Assembly (NCBI RefSeq): GCF_009914755.1
Contig: NC_060929.1
DNA length: 64,000 nucleotides
Origin: the human T2T-CHM13v2.0 reference genome, Homo sapiens
Strand: one strand, 5' to 3'
Each line of letters opens with the position of its first letter. The stretch's first letter is position 1. The notes beneath the pieces were generated by a model, which worked only from the letters and a program-made list of their open reading frames with translations, did no database searches and was not told where the DNA came from. Both the position numbers and the translations under genes were made by a program. Shown piece after piece: positions 14,808 through 33,299 of this stretch.

Positions 14808-15173
14808 TGTATTAGTCCATTTTCATGCTGCCTATAAAGACATACCCAAGACTGGGTAATTTATACAGGAAAAAGGGTTTAATGGACTTATAGTTCCACA
14901 TGGCTGGGAGGCCTCATAATCATGGCAGAAGACAAGGAGTAGCAAGTCACATCTTACAGAGATGGGAGCAGGCAAAGAGAGAGCTTGTGCAGAGAAACTC
15001 CCAATTTTAAAACCATCATATCTCATGAGACCCATTCACTATCATAAGAACAGCATGGAAAAGACCTGCCCCCATGATTCAATCATCTCCCACCAGGTCC
15101 CTTCGACATCATGTGGGAATTATGGGAGCTACTGAATGAGATTTGGGTGGGGAAACAGAGCCAAGCCTTATCA
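14808..15173 (-). mobile_element. THE1A-type MaLR solo LTR
   Basis: tgtattagtcc...ccttatca termini, 366 bp; 5-bp TSD ACCTC (14803-14807) / AGCTC (15174-15178). Confidence 0.95.
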
Positions 15174-16133
15174 AGCTCTGAAGCATTCATTATAATAAGT
15201 GCAAATTTAAATGATTATTATAAACCTTTTCAACCAATTCAAATATTTCCATTCAATCTAAAGCAATTCAAACAAAGCATAAGAATATATAAAATTGATG
15301 CAAATACACCTGAGAATGTATACTTGGATAACATATATGTGTATATGTACATCTGTATATATCTTACAAAGCAATATAATAAAATTTTAAGCATTATACC
15401 AATTCTTCAATAAGGTCACACATTTATGTTTACATGTAGTTCTATCAAGCCTCGTGGTTTGGCTTTTAAACCCTCAGTGGATTAAAAGCAATGAATAAAA
15501 AATTGTAGGCAAGCCCGCAGGAAAACATGAAGTGATACAACATACATTATGTGTCAAATCAAAAAAGCGATTTAAAAAAATCACACATAGGCACTTCAAC
15601 AAATTCCAGGCAATATAGTGTAAGAATAGTTTTAGAAAGCTAAATAATTCTTGGCTAGAAGCATAATCTGCTTTGCCATCTTATATAATAATTGAAGTTA
15701 AAGATCATTATGTTGTCTTCTAGAAAAGCTTAAATTATATTTAAATTAGTACTTAATAAAGCAATAAATAAATATCCAGATGCTATTTTTAATAGTTCAA
15801 AATTGGAAATAACCTAAATACTCTTTGGTATATCTGCATGTTAGTATAATATATAATACCCATTAAGTATCAGTTATTTTTCAATAATTGGTTAAATTAA
15901 AAATTAATATATTAGGTTAAAATGCAGAATAAAAAGAATATATTTAATAAGAAATTCAATTTAGTAAAATATATTTCATATTTAATAACTAATTATAATA
16001 AAATGCTTTATTTTGTTTATTACAACAGCATCTGGCCTGAGAATACATATGAATGCTAGAGTTTTATGAAACATTATTAATAAATAGAACTTTAGAAGCA
16101 TTGATGCATTTTGACTTGTCAAATACATGCTAC

Positions 16134-16790
16134 CCATTCATTCTTTTTTGCTTTGAACAAATTTCTATTGAACACTTACTGTGTACTAAATGCTATTTTA
16201 GGTCATAGGGACTTAGCAGTGACAAACATAAGCCCTGAAAGAACTTATAATTATTGATAGAGATCAAAATGGAAACATATAAGGTAATTGTAACAGAGTC
16301 ACGAAAGTGTCTTGAAATAGGAATCCCAGGGAGCTATAGAACTAAATAAAAAGAGCAAAGAGAACCACACGGAAGAAGGTGTGAGAATGAGAAAACTTAG
16401 TGGGAGATATACAGGTAAGAAAAAAGCAGGACTAAGCAGAGGGAAAAACACTTGTGAGGTTCCCTGAGGGAGGGCATGGTGTGATTGGAGAACGAAAAAT
16501 GATTCCATATATCTAGATCAAACAGGGTGGGTAAGGAAGGAACGAGTAAAAAATGAAGCTGCATAAGAGTGCCCTGTAAACCTTAGTAATACTATGGCAC
16601 TTTATGCAAAGGCAAATTGGGGGCTATAAATATTTAACAAGTAAAATAGCATGATCAGATATGAAATTCAGATGGTCATTCAGATTACAGCGTATAAAAT
16701 GGATGAGTGAGAGACCTGCACAAAGCCGGGAGACTTGTTGCAGTGATGAAGGTATTGCAGTAATTTAGGTCGAAGAATTCTGGGAGCCTG
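16134..16790 (-). mobile_element. L2 fragment
   Basis: cattcatt...aacaaatttctattgaacacttactgtgtactaaatgct, followed by typical L2 antisense segments. Confidence 0.65.
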
Positions 16791-18496
16791 GAAGAAGAAT
16801 CTGAAAATGAGGACCCACACTTAACCAAGGAATGGAGACATTGAATCATCTGTGGGTCAACTGACTAAACTGAGTTTTATTACCTGTAAAGCCAGGAATA
16901 GCTGTGGGATTTGGTAACCCCACAAAGGTCCTCTTGCCTTGTTAGATGCTAGCTGAAAAGCCTGCTAGATTTCTTTTCTTCTTTTCTTTTTAAAATCCAA
17001 CACTCACTCTTTTTAATGCTAAAGAACAGACGTTAAGTCAGGGATTCTTTTTTCCTAGCTGCTGTTGCAGTCACAGGATGATTCAATGAAGCCGGCTGGC
17101 CATATGCAGGCCTCCTTGGACTCCTTCACCCGCTAATAATGGAGAGTTGCAGAATTCTCAGTTGAGCACAAAGAGTGAACTGATTCAAAAGGTGTGACTG
17201 ATCACTTGCACATGCTACTGCCAATTATTCCTTCTTCAGCTAGAGCTTATGGGATAGTTTTCCTCAACTAACTGTATACTGACGGTAGTAACTTGGTATG
17301 AAGATCTGGAAAAGGACACATGTGGTAATAAGACTTCCTAAATTTCAGTTTTGAACTCCGTAAAATGTACTAACTGAACCTAGACTAACTACTATAGAAA
17401 CATGGGATCCAGAGGCAATCATACATTTCATATATTGCAGCAGATTTCTTAAATTGGGCTGTCTGCATATTAGCAGTCATTGTACATTTGATACAGTGGG
17501 AGACCATTCAGTTGGAGATGAGTTGATTCATTTTATTATTGCTGTGATATAAAATATTTTCCAAAGAATATGTGTTATGCATTAAATCTTTACTGAAAAT
17601 GGGTTATTGTAATTCATAGAAAATTATCCTATTTTCCCCCAAATAGAAGAGATAGGAATAATGGGAATAAATAATTATTAATCAAGAAAAAGTAGATAAG
17701 TGGGCTCAAATTTAAAATGTATTTTGTGGTTACCATTGACAGAGTAAATGGTTTCTTAAATATTTTTTGTTCAGCAATATATAAGAATTGACACTCATAC
17801 TGTACATGATGGTGGTGATTCTATAATAATAGAGTATTACTTGTTAATCATGCAACAAAGAGAAAGTGACTTAGTGATCAATGGCAATTACATTAGAATT
17901 GCAACATATGGTAAATTGAATCTTTTTGTACAGTGCCATTTAGTTGTTTGGGACCATGTACCAAATTAATGGGAACATCAGGTAAATTTAACAACTTTAC
18001 TGTTTTAATTGGTCCTAAAGTAGGTAATTATGTTATCTATAAAGTCAGTTTGTCCTTTTTTCATTATTTATGATGCACAAATGTACACCAGGCATACACT
18101 AATCAAAATGGAATTGTAACATACATGGTTGGGGCCTGCTCCAAATACAGCCCAAAACATGAAAGAAAAAGAAGCTGGAAGTTACTCTGAAGCATATTTT
18201 TGTGTTGCACTGAAAAGTTATTTTTCTGTTTTGGTTTTTGTTGTAATATAGCTGGATTAAAGATATAGCAGTGTTTCTACATTTTTAAAAATATTTTAAA
18301 ATTTCTAATAACTGAAGAATAGCCTAAATAGTTTTTCTTTTGGATTATTTGGTTTTAAAGCTATCTGGTTGTTGTGGAGTCTTCAATATCCCAATTCCTG
18401 TCTTGTTAAACTCAAAGATTTTGCATAATGAATAGTTGTTGAAATGTTTTGAATCCTTCTTGGAAAGATAGGCGGTCTTTTCAATTGGGACTCCAT

Positions 18497-18678
18497 CAGT
18501 GGTTCTCAACTCTGGCAGCACATTGGAATTACCTATAAATATGAAAGCAAGTCACAATTTCTAGGACCTACTTGTCAAGATTATGATTTAATTTGTCGGA
18601 GTGTGGGCCAGGACAGAGCTATGTTTACAATTTCCCCAGGTGATTCTGTCACACAGCAAGAGATGGTAACCATAACTG
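18497..18678. mobile_element. MER5-type hAT-Charlie MITE
   Basis: cagtggttctcaactctggcagcacattggaattacct ... tccccaggtgattctg ... gtaaccataactg. Confidence 0.75.
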
Positions 18679-19119
18679 TAAATGTGGGTCCTACATCAAT
18701 AGGAAAATGTAAAAATTTAATTTATATGGTCTTTTATGACCATATTCACAGTACAATTTGGATTTAACAGATAGAAAAAAAAAGAACATAGGGCCTGCTG
18801 ACATTTGGAAACACAAATCCAAATTGAGCAAGATGGGCAGTTAGTAAAATACTGTTGAATAAGATTAGAATTGAAAGTCTTATAAATATGACAGTGTTGA
18901 CAAAGTTTCCATTTTGCAACTTAAAAACAAAACAAAACAATGACATTTGGGTCACTAAAGAGTGAATTAAGGAAAGGAAGTGAATAAAAATCATCTCCAT
19001 TCTAGTGCCTGGTGTTTACATCTTCAGATACTTAAGAGAAACATTCTCTATTTGGGATTGACAAATAATACTGACATTCACTGAGAAGTTAACTATGGTA
19101 GAATGTATTTCACAGGTTA

Positions 19120-19296
19120 ACTTTTTAACTTGTCAGAGCAATGCTAAGAAGGATGCTATTATTATTCCAGTTCTGCAGAGCTGAGACTGAAGTACAGAGG
19201 AGTTCAATGATGTGGCCAAGTCTATGAGACTGCTAATTATTAGTAAGTCAGTCTGATCCAGTTTGACTCCAAAGCCTACTTGCATGACCTCTATAC
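19120..19296 (-). mobile_element. MIR
   Basis: tattattattccagttctgcagagctgagactgaagtacagagg ... ccagtttgactccaaagcc. Confidence 0.7.
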
Positions 19297-22200
19297 CTAT
19301 CTCTGTTTCTATGTCAAGTAACCTAGGTAAAATGCACCAAGGTTAATAACCAATGCCAGGATGTGTTGTGAAGGAAAAGCAACTTATTCTTCTCTCAGTC
19401 TTGTAAATCTGTCTCTCCTTCCACATGAGCTTCTGCAATGAGCTTGCTTTATACGTAATCCATGGAGATTGTCTCACTGCCTGCCCTTTGCAGAGGCCAA
19501 CTGGGGTCTCTGGAAGGAATAAAGAGGTGTGATGAAAAGACAGCTATTTAAAAAACCATACCTTTCATTTATACCCTGTGAAAATATAAAATGCTCTTTG
19601 ATATTTACCTACCTAGGTGATAGTATCTTCCTGTGAGAATTCCTAACAATACAATTCAGAAGCATGGTAAAATTAATTTTCAGTTTACATCCTTGTAGAT
19701 ATAGAGAGTAAACTAGTAGTGACAAAAAACTGTACTTTACTTATATGACTTTGTGTTTTTATGTATAAAAATAAACAAATTATATTGTATTTATATAAAA
19801 TAAACATTTCCTATATTTTAAAACATTATTTTTATCTATCCTCTATAAATGAGATTTAACTTCTTAATCCTAACAATTTAAAATAAAGAAGAGAGATCAA
19901 ATTCACACACGCAGGCCATGAATAAAATCTGAGAATATGGAAAATATTAATTACATTCCACAGTTTATAGCAAAAGTTACAATGTTGATAGAAGAATTAG
20001 TCATAGAAACAAGAAGCTGGTAGGAGCATTATTCCTATTTTGTGTGAAATAAAAGAAGTGTGGCCTTAGAAATAGATACAGGGTGATGACATATTTTAAT
20101 AAAGATATCTGGTTTGAGTGTTAGGTTAGTCTGAAATAAGTTGAACTTAATAAAAGGATGGACAGAAACACAGAGAAGGTATGTCCACCTGTGGCCCAAA
20201 TATAACATAGAGTATATATGTGAACAGAGAAAGCAACAGACAAAACAGAGAGAAACACAAATATAGAGATGACAGGGAAACCGACAGGGAAAGGAAAAAG
20301 AGATAAATGAGCCAGGGTCTGCCTATGTGGCTGAATTTCAAAAGAGCTTCTGAAGAAGACAACGTAGAAATAACTGGAAGAGGTAAACTAGGTGAGTCTG
20401 TGGTTTCTGAAACTGGAGAAGGTATCAATGACGTCATAATTCCTGACAGTTTCCCTAACTTGCACAGAAGGATTAGAAGGACCCATGGGTAAAAGGCAAG
20501 GAAGTGCTTTCACTGAACTCTGAGAATCTTGGGTGAAAGGCATAATAACTTTGAAGGGAAGACTTTGAGTTTCTCAGGATATCAGATGGTGTCGTAATCA
20601 AAGAAAGCTATTTAAAGCAGATGTATATTCTTTAGGGAGAATATCAGACTCAGTCCCTATGGATGCAGTAAATAAAAACATGCTGAATTTATTTCCTTTC
20701 TTTATTTTTTGAAGTAACCATGCTATTTTCCATTTTAAAAACTTTTGCTGTTTTACTCTAAGCTCTTTACTCCCTGGTATAAAAAGAGGATTATATATTT
20801 ATAAAGAAAAGTAAATTTCCTAAGTTCTTGTGAGATTGCATGCGTGTATTCATATAATATTTGTTAAATCAACCACAATAAGTTTAGACAAAATTAGGAA
20901 ACAACAATACTTATAAAAAATGAACCGCATTTCCTTTTATCATTTCTCCATAACATTATCTTGTGGATTTAATTCACAGACAATAAGTTTTATTCAAAAT
21001 GGAAATAAATTTAAATGATTTGTTAAAGCTGCTTTATAAGGTACAACATAATCCTATGATTAAAATAAAGTTGCAAAGTAATATATGATGACATGAAACA
21101 ATGTTGATATATTTTATATAAAAAGGTATGTTAAAAACATAACCATTTTCTTTTAAAATATACCTTATACGGATAAATGGTGAGAAAGAGAGAGAGAGAA
21201 CTAAAAAATTATACACCACACTATTAATATTATTTATCTCTGGATGATGAAGTTAGGATTTTATGGGAGATTTTTACTTCTTTTAATGTTTCAGTGATTT
21301 CTAAATCATGTATAATAACCTCTAAAATAATAAAAAGTTTATTTTTAAATGAGGAATTATTACATTCCCTTTAGGAAAGAAATATGATACTATTGATTGA
21401 TGAATGTAAGGAACTTTTGTAAAAGGTGTACATTTACGTTTATATCCTTTGAGGATTAAATTACAACATTACTCAAACGTTACATATTTGTAAATTACTA
21501 TACATATATTTAAATATATATAATATATGTAGTATGCAGTTAAAAGCATAACTATTTTTAATAGTCATACTTTATGTCTTCACTGTGATTTTCTGCCAAT
21601 AAGATGAAAGCAGATCACTGTCCTTGGGTATATACCCAATAGAGCATTTTACGGACTGTTAGAGATGGATTTTAAGGTACCTGTGACCAGTAGTTACCTT
21701 AAATGTGAGCTGCATTATTCTTAGCTTTCAAAATCCTTTGATCTATTTTATGATGGGAAGAGGAGGAAGCTAACAGTGTTCCCATTCAATAACTTTTTGG
21801 GAAAAGTACTTTGACTAGTATTTTCCTTTTCATTTACCTGCAAAAGCCTAAACCTAAAATTATTTTGGTAAATGGAAATAATTTTAATTATTTAAGTTAC
21901 ATTTATTGACAAATGAAAATTTTATCAGGATTAATATATTTATGTTCATTTATTGAGGAAAGTAAAACTCAGCAGTCAACTAAAATTTTAGTTTACTGAA
22001 ATGAAAGTATTACAGTAATTGTAAATAAAATCTGCCTTAAGAAAATATAACAACAGGAAACCAGTTGCAAAATGTGAGAAAAGATTGATATTTTCTGACA
22101 ATATCTATAGGGCATTTAAAAATCCAAACAATTGCTTCATCGCCTTTTGCCTAAGTATAGTTTTTTTTCTTATCAGTTTTTTAAGAAACAAACAAACAAT

Positions 22201-23499
22201 GATATGAGCAAACTCTGTCAGATACTCAACTGACTGGCTGAGACTCAAGTAAGTTTAAAAGAAAAATGACACAAATACCACCAGTTTAGTCAAAATAGGC
22301 AATCTTCTAGCCCCATGAGGACACAACCTAAATGTGCCTATTTAAAGATCAAAGATATACTAAGACAGCTTGGAACTTTGATCTTCACATGAGTGCTGGA
22401 GTTTCACGTCACACTTGAATAGGGCCCTTTTGTTTTGTCACTAGACTCATTCTTCCACCAACCAGTGTTATCTGTTAAACCCGAAGTGCAGGATGGATAG
22501 TTGGGAATAGTACAGCAATTATGTGAGAGGCCTGGGGCAATGATAGCTCTGGAAGAAACACGCCTGTTTTATATATGAACGATTTTCATACATAAAGATG
22601 GATGTTTCTAAATGCTTATGCTCAGTTGAAGAACATTCAAAATACAGATTTTTATTTGTAAAGTAATAGATTTAGGTGCATTGTTGTAAATACTGCAAGA
22701 GAGCATTAACCAGAATGTTCAGGACTTGAACTGTTTTGCAGCAATTATAGTCATAGATATCTTAGGTATTGATTATAAAATTTTTTTCAGCACACAATAT
22801 AAGCAAGTCATCTCTTTAAATGTTATTCTGTAAAATCTTCAAAAAAAGTGTAACTTCATAAATTCTGTTTTACCAGCAAGACAGACAGGGAATTATCTGA
22901 TCATATGTTTCGATAGGTATCTTTCAACACACTGGGGCTTATCATTTTTTATATCTTGGTAGACCACTCTTACTTTGTTCCCCACAACAGAGTACAGACT
23001 GGTACAATATAAACTATAGATAGGTCTTTTTAGAATTATTTTGAAGTCTGTATCATCTCAAGTTATACTCTCATATCAATACTAACCTACTCTATTTGTA
23101 TTTATTAATGTTAAACCTTTTATTGTTTGTCATATTTGTTTAGTATTTCCTTCTATCTACTATGGAAGTGGGTTTCAAACTAAAATAGGCAAGGCAAGTG
23201 AGGGTAATATGGAAATGATGCCTAAGATAAATAAGCAATTTTTTAGGTTAACTTCAATTAAAAGTTAGATAAATCCCATCTCATTTTATGATGCAATTCT
23301 ATATAGGAGGCTTATGAATTACTATGTTAAATTTACTAAGTCTTGGAGAAATTAGGAAAATAAACAAATAATTCAAGGGAGAAAAATATGATACATTATT
23401 GATTTACATAGGAAGCAGATAAATCACTAAGTTTACTAGTGATCTATATAATTAGTTTTATTTCAACCTGAAAGTGAGTTTTGAGGGAAATGTGACTCC

Positions 23500-23830
23500 T
23501 GACTATATATAAAAAATTATTATTCAAATTTTCATGATGCATTTTCAGAGAGAAGGAAGACAGATTTTAAGCTTATAGAACTTGCAGAAGGTATGGAAAA
23601 AGAAATTTTAGTTGATTGTTTGGATGATGGAACCAGAATCAAAGGAAATTGTTTAGCTGAAATTACATGCTTACTTCTCAAGTTGAAGTATAACTAAGGT
23701 AAATATGAAACCCTGTACTTCAGCAAACAAACAAACAAGAAAATAAAAACTCAACACAAGTAAAACACAGGTGGCTATGGACAGCAGCAGGTGTGCAGAA
23801 GCCTGTGATATATCTTAAAAATTTTGTTTT
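23500..23830 (+). mobile_element. L3/CR1 LINE fragment (RT C-terminal region, highly decayed)
   Basis: ttggatgatggaaccagaatcaaa ... aaggtaaatatgaaaccctgtacttc ... caacacaagta ... ggacagcagcaggtgtgcagaagcctg parallels the recalled L3 consensus order. Confidence 0.5.
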
Positions 23831-24029
23831 GAAACAATTGGTATGCAACCCAAATAAATATGGGTCAACTTACGGTCAGTTTCATCATGGTTTTACATTC
23901 AAAATAAATGTTTCAGTCAAATAAAAATAAAGCATCTAATAAAAATTTGTAATGCAATTTGTATCATTAGTGAAATCTCTCAAACATGCTTAGCATAGCA
24001 AAGTTTGTGTTAATCTCAAAACTTATCTG

Positions 24030-24480
24030 TCGTGGCAGCTCCTCTCTAAATATCTCTCTTTTATTCTCTCTCATGATTCACTCCCCTATCTAAATACATT
24101 GTTATTCAACTCTTGGCTTTCTTCACGATAATCTTTCTGACTTCTTTTTAAATCTTGACTCAAATATCACCATATAAGAGGACATTTCCTAACACTCGCC
24201 ACTTTCTTTTTATTCATGGCACTTATCACTTCCAAAATATTTTAAAATCTATCTTCACCACAATATAAGCTCCATAAATATTTATTGAATGAATGTCTGT
24301 TAATCTTCTGCTCCAAAATTTTCATATACTTTTCCTAAAAAGTTTCTATTCCCCTTGTAGTATAAGATCTAAACTTCAGGACAGACTATACTGTTCATCA
24401 GACTTCTTTTTCCATAAGTCTGCCCTGATTGTGTTTGCCCCTCAAAATCATGGTCTCTCATACATGGGAGAGGAAATAGA
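24030..24480 (+). mobile_element. L2 fragments
   Basis: aaatcttgactcaaatatcacc...catggcacttatcact...ataaatatttattgaatgaatg. Confidence 0.55.
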
Positions 24481-24512
24481 AGTTCACACAAGAAAATAAT
24501 TTTATTTTCTTT

Positions 24513-27592
<3,080 letters not shown>

Positions 27593-28538
27593 AATAAGAC
27601 GTGAGATTTAGGACCAATATATTGCAATATATTAGGGAATTTCTAAATTTCTTTTTGTATTTTGTACTGTTCAAAACTTACTTGAGAATTGCTTTCCATT
27701 CAGGGAAACATGCTTGAAGAGTTATATTATTAATAGCAACACCATTAGTTATTATAATAATTAGCTTTGTTAGTTACTGTGATATAAATGATGATAATTT
27801 ATTTAGCAAGCAGATCTTCGTGAACATTTGCATGTAAGCATTGGTTCTATATATTTGAAATTTAAGAAATTAAATCAAACGTTCATGAATTATGAAATAG
27901 TTAATATTTCTGTAAGATAAGCCTGGAAACTTTCCTTATTAATGTAGAAATTTTTCCTATTTTATCATGCAGTAGTGAGGTTTGGAATTTAAACACAAAA
28001 TATTTCAGGTATAAGTACTCTTAATTCAGATACAATATTTATATATGGTTCAAGAGGTATCTGCCAAGAGCAGAGTTAAAAGCTAGCTTAAGGGAGAATA
28101 AGAACATAGAGTAATATATTTTCATAGTATGTCTCTCTTTTCTTCCTATTAGATTTCATAAATTTTCTTTCTTATTAGATTAAGTTTCTGCTATTCTACC
28201 CATGTGGATTCACAGGAGTTGAAAAGCCACTTCTCATTTCATGTATTATACATGTAGCAACAATGAGAAACTAATCAATAGTCTTGCTATTACAAATTTC
28301 AGAGAAATAACTGACTAGTTCACTTGAGTTCAATGAGTTATGGTGAGAAATACAGAAAGTCACTGAATAAATAAGACTATCAATTACTGTGAGCCAGCTA
28401 GGCCCCCCCAAATTGCCCCCAGATCCTATACTGTTGACTTCAAAGATATACTGATGTTAATGTCTTATTTACATTATCTTTAGAGTAGTATCTTAAAATT
28501 TCTTATTTTCTTAATTTATTATTTCTCTGAAAGTGAAG

Positions 28539-29230
<692 letters not shown>

Positions 29231-29233
29231 AAT

Positions 29234-29251
29234 TGGCATCAGAAGTCAAAT
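29234..29251 (+). other. Retroviral primer-binding site, tRNA-Leu(CAA)-like
   Basis: TGGCATCAGAAGTCAAAT 3 nt after the LTR CA; 13/18 match to TGGTGTCAGAAGTGGGAT (complement of the recalled tRNA-Leu 3' end). Confidence 0.65.
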
Positions 29252-29521
29252 CCAGAGTAAACCTCCAGGGACCCTTAGGAACACTGAGTGAGAAAGCCAA
29301 GTTATCTGCCAGGGCCCATTGTGCCCATTAATCTCTATCAAATTTGAGCTCCACAGATTTGTCTTTTGAGCTTTCTGAATATTTGAGCAATTTTTACTGG
29401 ACTAGGTAGAATTGACTTGGATCTGATAATTAAGTGGATTGAATACAGTTACAGGCCTCAGGTAGGCCATAACTGACTGGACTGGATACAGTTAGAGGCC
29501 TCAGGTAATCCATTTTTGAAA

Positions 29522-29810
29522 ATGTGCTTGTCTAAATCTAAGAAATCTGAAACTCCAGGAGTCCAGGACTCCACTTTCTGGACACTGGCTGATTTAATCT
29601 ACAAAAACTGAGGGACCAGAACTTGTGTAATTTTGGAAAAATTGATTAACCTTCCTAAGGACAACTTAGAATTACAGTGACTACAATGGGGAATTTTTTC
29701 ATATAGATAAAATTGTTCACTTGCAAAGTGCTTTAGAAAAGAATGGATCCCAAATATCACCAAAGCAATTGGATGCATTCTTTAGTTGGTGTACAGAGGC
29801 ATCTAAAATA
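29522..29810 (+). pseudogene. gag: ERV gag matrix remnant
   Basis: Hand translation MCLSKSKK...LIYKN*GTRTCVILEKLINLPKDNLELQ*LQWGIF / IDKIVHLQSALEKNG...QLDAFFSWCTEASK resembles class I ERV MA (LQWPxWGSF...WYxEASK). Confidence 0.65.
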
Positions 29811-32199
29811 TTAAATTAACCAAAATGTATCTGTTTAAAAGGTTTCTTACAAAAGGCAAATGAAAAACAAATCTTAAAGTGTTTTTTAAAAAATATTGCT
29901 ATGATTCAGATATTCTTTAATAAATTGACAAGCTTGTATTATTCTGACACATGACTAAAATTTAAGAATAAAAGCTATAAGATCTGTTTCTGTTGATATG
30001 TTTATGTATGTCTGTATGGATGATATCTATGTATATATTTTTCTATCTATTTATGATCTTGCCAAATTAAATGGTAAAAGGGCTCTATTTAATTTGCTTA
30101 AGAAAAATAAGTGCTTATGTTAATACAACATTCCCTCAGGAGAATAAGAAATAATCCAAATGCTTTTCTAGTTCACATGACTTGGGTAATTTCTGATAAA
30201 CAAGAATATCATTGATTTGATTAAAACAGGCATATCTTCAGGGTTTTGAGCCTGAATTATAATATAGACATTTTCTACCTAGGTTTACAGGAAGAAAAGC
30301 TTATGATCTTTCTACATTACAAAATTTAAGAAAAATAACTTTAGATGATGGCTAGCTATTTTATGTCTCATCTTTATAAGCAATCCAAACATAATTTTAA
30401 AAAATAAGTCAGTTAAATAGCTTTAAGTAAGATAAAATTTTCATGTAAAACTTGCCCTTCCTGTACCAGAAAGTTTTAACACTCTCATCATCAAGAATGA
30501 AAATTAAAGCTGTGGGAAATCTGTATAAACAACAATTTCATTCTCAGGCCTAGCATAAAAACCAAAACCAAAACCAAACCCTACGAGAACCAACGTAAAA
30601 GTTTGCCTCCTCCACAATTTCTTGTTAAAGAGAAACTGAAGATATTTGGGATTCTTAGTAAACATGTTCTGTGCCATATTGACAAATTTACTAAGAGAAA
30701 GCTCATGCTTCTAGAAATTATGATTCATAGATATGCCAAGCTACAGATTTCTGGTGTGATAGACAGTTCGCAATTGTTTGTTTCCTAGTGTTCGCTGGAA
30801 GTTAAGATCAGAAGGGTTAAGAATTCTAATTAATATATGTAACTAAAATTACTAGAAATCATAAGAGAAAACTCTGTATGCAAATGTACTTAGCTAATAG
30901 GTATGTTTCATAAAAAAGCTATCAGATATGAAGATGTTTTGTTATGTTGAGAAAAATAATAATTTTTGTCCTAAATTAGAATGACTGGTTGTTCCAAAAT
31001 TAGAAGAGAAAAAGCGTAGGAGAAAAACTTAATGGGATGAGAAAGTGGTAGGAAGTTTGTGGAAGGTGAATTTTGTGAGAGAAATTGTATGTGTAATCAA
31101 AGTATTCAAACTAAGATAAAAAAATTTTTTTTTCTAAAAGTTGAACATTCATATAAAAAAATACACTGATGAAAAACTAGAACTTGATCCTCTCTGTCAT
31201 AACAACAAGGTTTTCTTGAAGTATTGACCTGCTTTTAATAGAAAATTGTGAAGATTTTTTTTTCATCCTTTTAAGTAATTAGTCCAGGAAACAAAGATTC
31301 TGTGTTTTACCAAGAAAATTTTCTTTGCTTAATTTTGTCTTTATTAGGCTTTTGATAACTTAAGAAAACTGAGTCCTCTCTAATTAAATTTAAAAAAAAG
31401 CTGAGGTTTTGGTGCACTGTGTAACTTTCTGTACTTAAAGTATTTAAATTTATCACTTTGGTTAAATACATGAATATTGTTCACAGTGGCATCTGATCCT
31501 ATTTTGATCAAATATTTTAAACCTTTTTCTAGGCTGGCCCTTGGAAAATGTCAAAAGAATATCTCTGTATAAAAAGAGATATGTTAATTGGGCTTATTAT
31601 ATTTTATGTTATGGGAAGAATTATCACATAATAAGTATAAAACGCTAAATGTTCTTTGAGTTATATTTGTAGGAATGTGGTATTAATATGGGTTTTTAAA
31701 ATTCTATAAAATTTATAAAAATATAATAGTCCTGGTATAATTCTATCAGTAATAATTCTAGTTATTTTCTTAAAATGTTTTATGTGACAGAAATAACTAA
31801 ATTTATTGGTCAATTGTGTTATTATTTAATGAACACTCCTCAAATTTTAAACATGACCATTTAAGTCTTGTCACTCATAAACAGTTAATTGTTTACTTTG
31901 GTACTTTCCTGAACTACAAGAAGCCTAAAGTGGTTTGTCTTCAAGGAGAATACTGAAAAGGTATCTGACAAGTACAGGTTTCTGATAACTTTAAGATCAT
32001 ACCATTGACTAAGAATTCTCAGAGCTCTCTTGAAAAAATGAACTAATTTATAAAACTTCTAACCCAATGTCAAGCAGAACAATAATTGATTAAATACTAA
32101 GGAAATGATTTGGCAGATTTGGATGCTAAGTGAGCCAGTACTGAAATTGTTAAGATTTGAACATTGATCCCAGTCAAATAACCTGTGTTAACCTATGTT

Positions 32200-33245
32200 A
32201 ACCTATTTAAAAACAGAACTATTCACTTGGAGGAACAAATTTTTTATTTAATAGGATGCAAATTTAACATTAATGTGGACTCAAGTAGAGCCTGGATGGC
32301 CACCTGGTCCTTCTTGAGTCCTTAAATCTTCCATTATTATGGAAGCTCTGCACTCTATGATTCATCATGGAAAAGATAAAATGATCCAAATCATGAAAAA
32401 AATGGTGGGGTGATTGTTTCAAAATTGCCAAAATGGTTTATAATAACCAAGTTTGGTTTTTCAAACTCATAATTCTGGCAAGACAATTAAAAACCTTAGG
32501 TGACATTTCTGGCATTAGCAAGATCACTTGAACACTTTCAGATGGGTACCATTCAATTGCCATCATCAATGCACGTTTCCAATGCAGGATGTTTTCCTAT
32601 TCACAGGAAGATTTCCTATGCAGGAATTTGATGGTTTATCAGTAGCTAAAAGGTTATTAGAAAATGTGTTTCCCTCACAGGACATTTCTGGAGATATCTC
32701 CAGTGATATAAGTACTTACACTGGACAATTGTAAAAAGTTAAATAAGACATTACAAGCCCAATGGCATTAGGCAAAGCTAACTGAATCAATTGGATTGAC
32801 TTGTTCAAAGGTATTACTATTTGGTGGCAATCAGATTTACGCCCACTGGAAAACATAGACTGACATCTGTGAAATAGTTACTGGATGTCCTATCCCCATA
32901 ACAATAGAACCTCATGTATCTCTCACTCATAAACTCTGGCATGACCCAACAGTGCAAGGCTTTCATGCATTATGCCAAATCATATTTTCACCAGGTTAAA
33001 GAAACCCATTGTGACCTACCAACTGATGATAACGAAACCTTTCACAAACTAGAACCCAGAGATTGGGTCTCTTAGAAATGACATCAGAGAGACTGCCTTG
33101 AACTCCATTGGAAGGGACCTTTCCAGGATTTTTCGTAGAAGTTTAGGGTCTGGAGTCTTGGATCCACAAGTCTCAACTCAAAAGACCCATCTATATTCCT
33201 GGAACTGTTCATCTGTTGGAGACTTTCAGGTAAAGACTATTAAGA
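32200..33245 (+). pseudogene. pol: ERV pol integrase remnant
   Basis: LHSMIHHGKDKM (HHCC region), EHFQM..IQLP, VAKRLLENVFP...ISSD (core; ORF 32528-32734), LEPRDWV...WKGPFQ, GLESWIHKSQLK (C-terminus). Confidence 0.8.
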
Positions 33246-33299
33246 AAGTTTTTCCCAAAAACAGAGATGTCATACTAGACAGGGATAGCTTTTCCAAGA

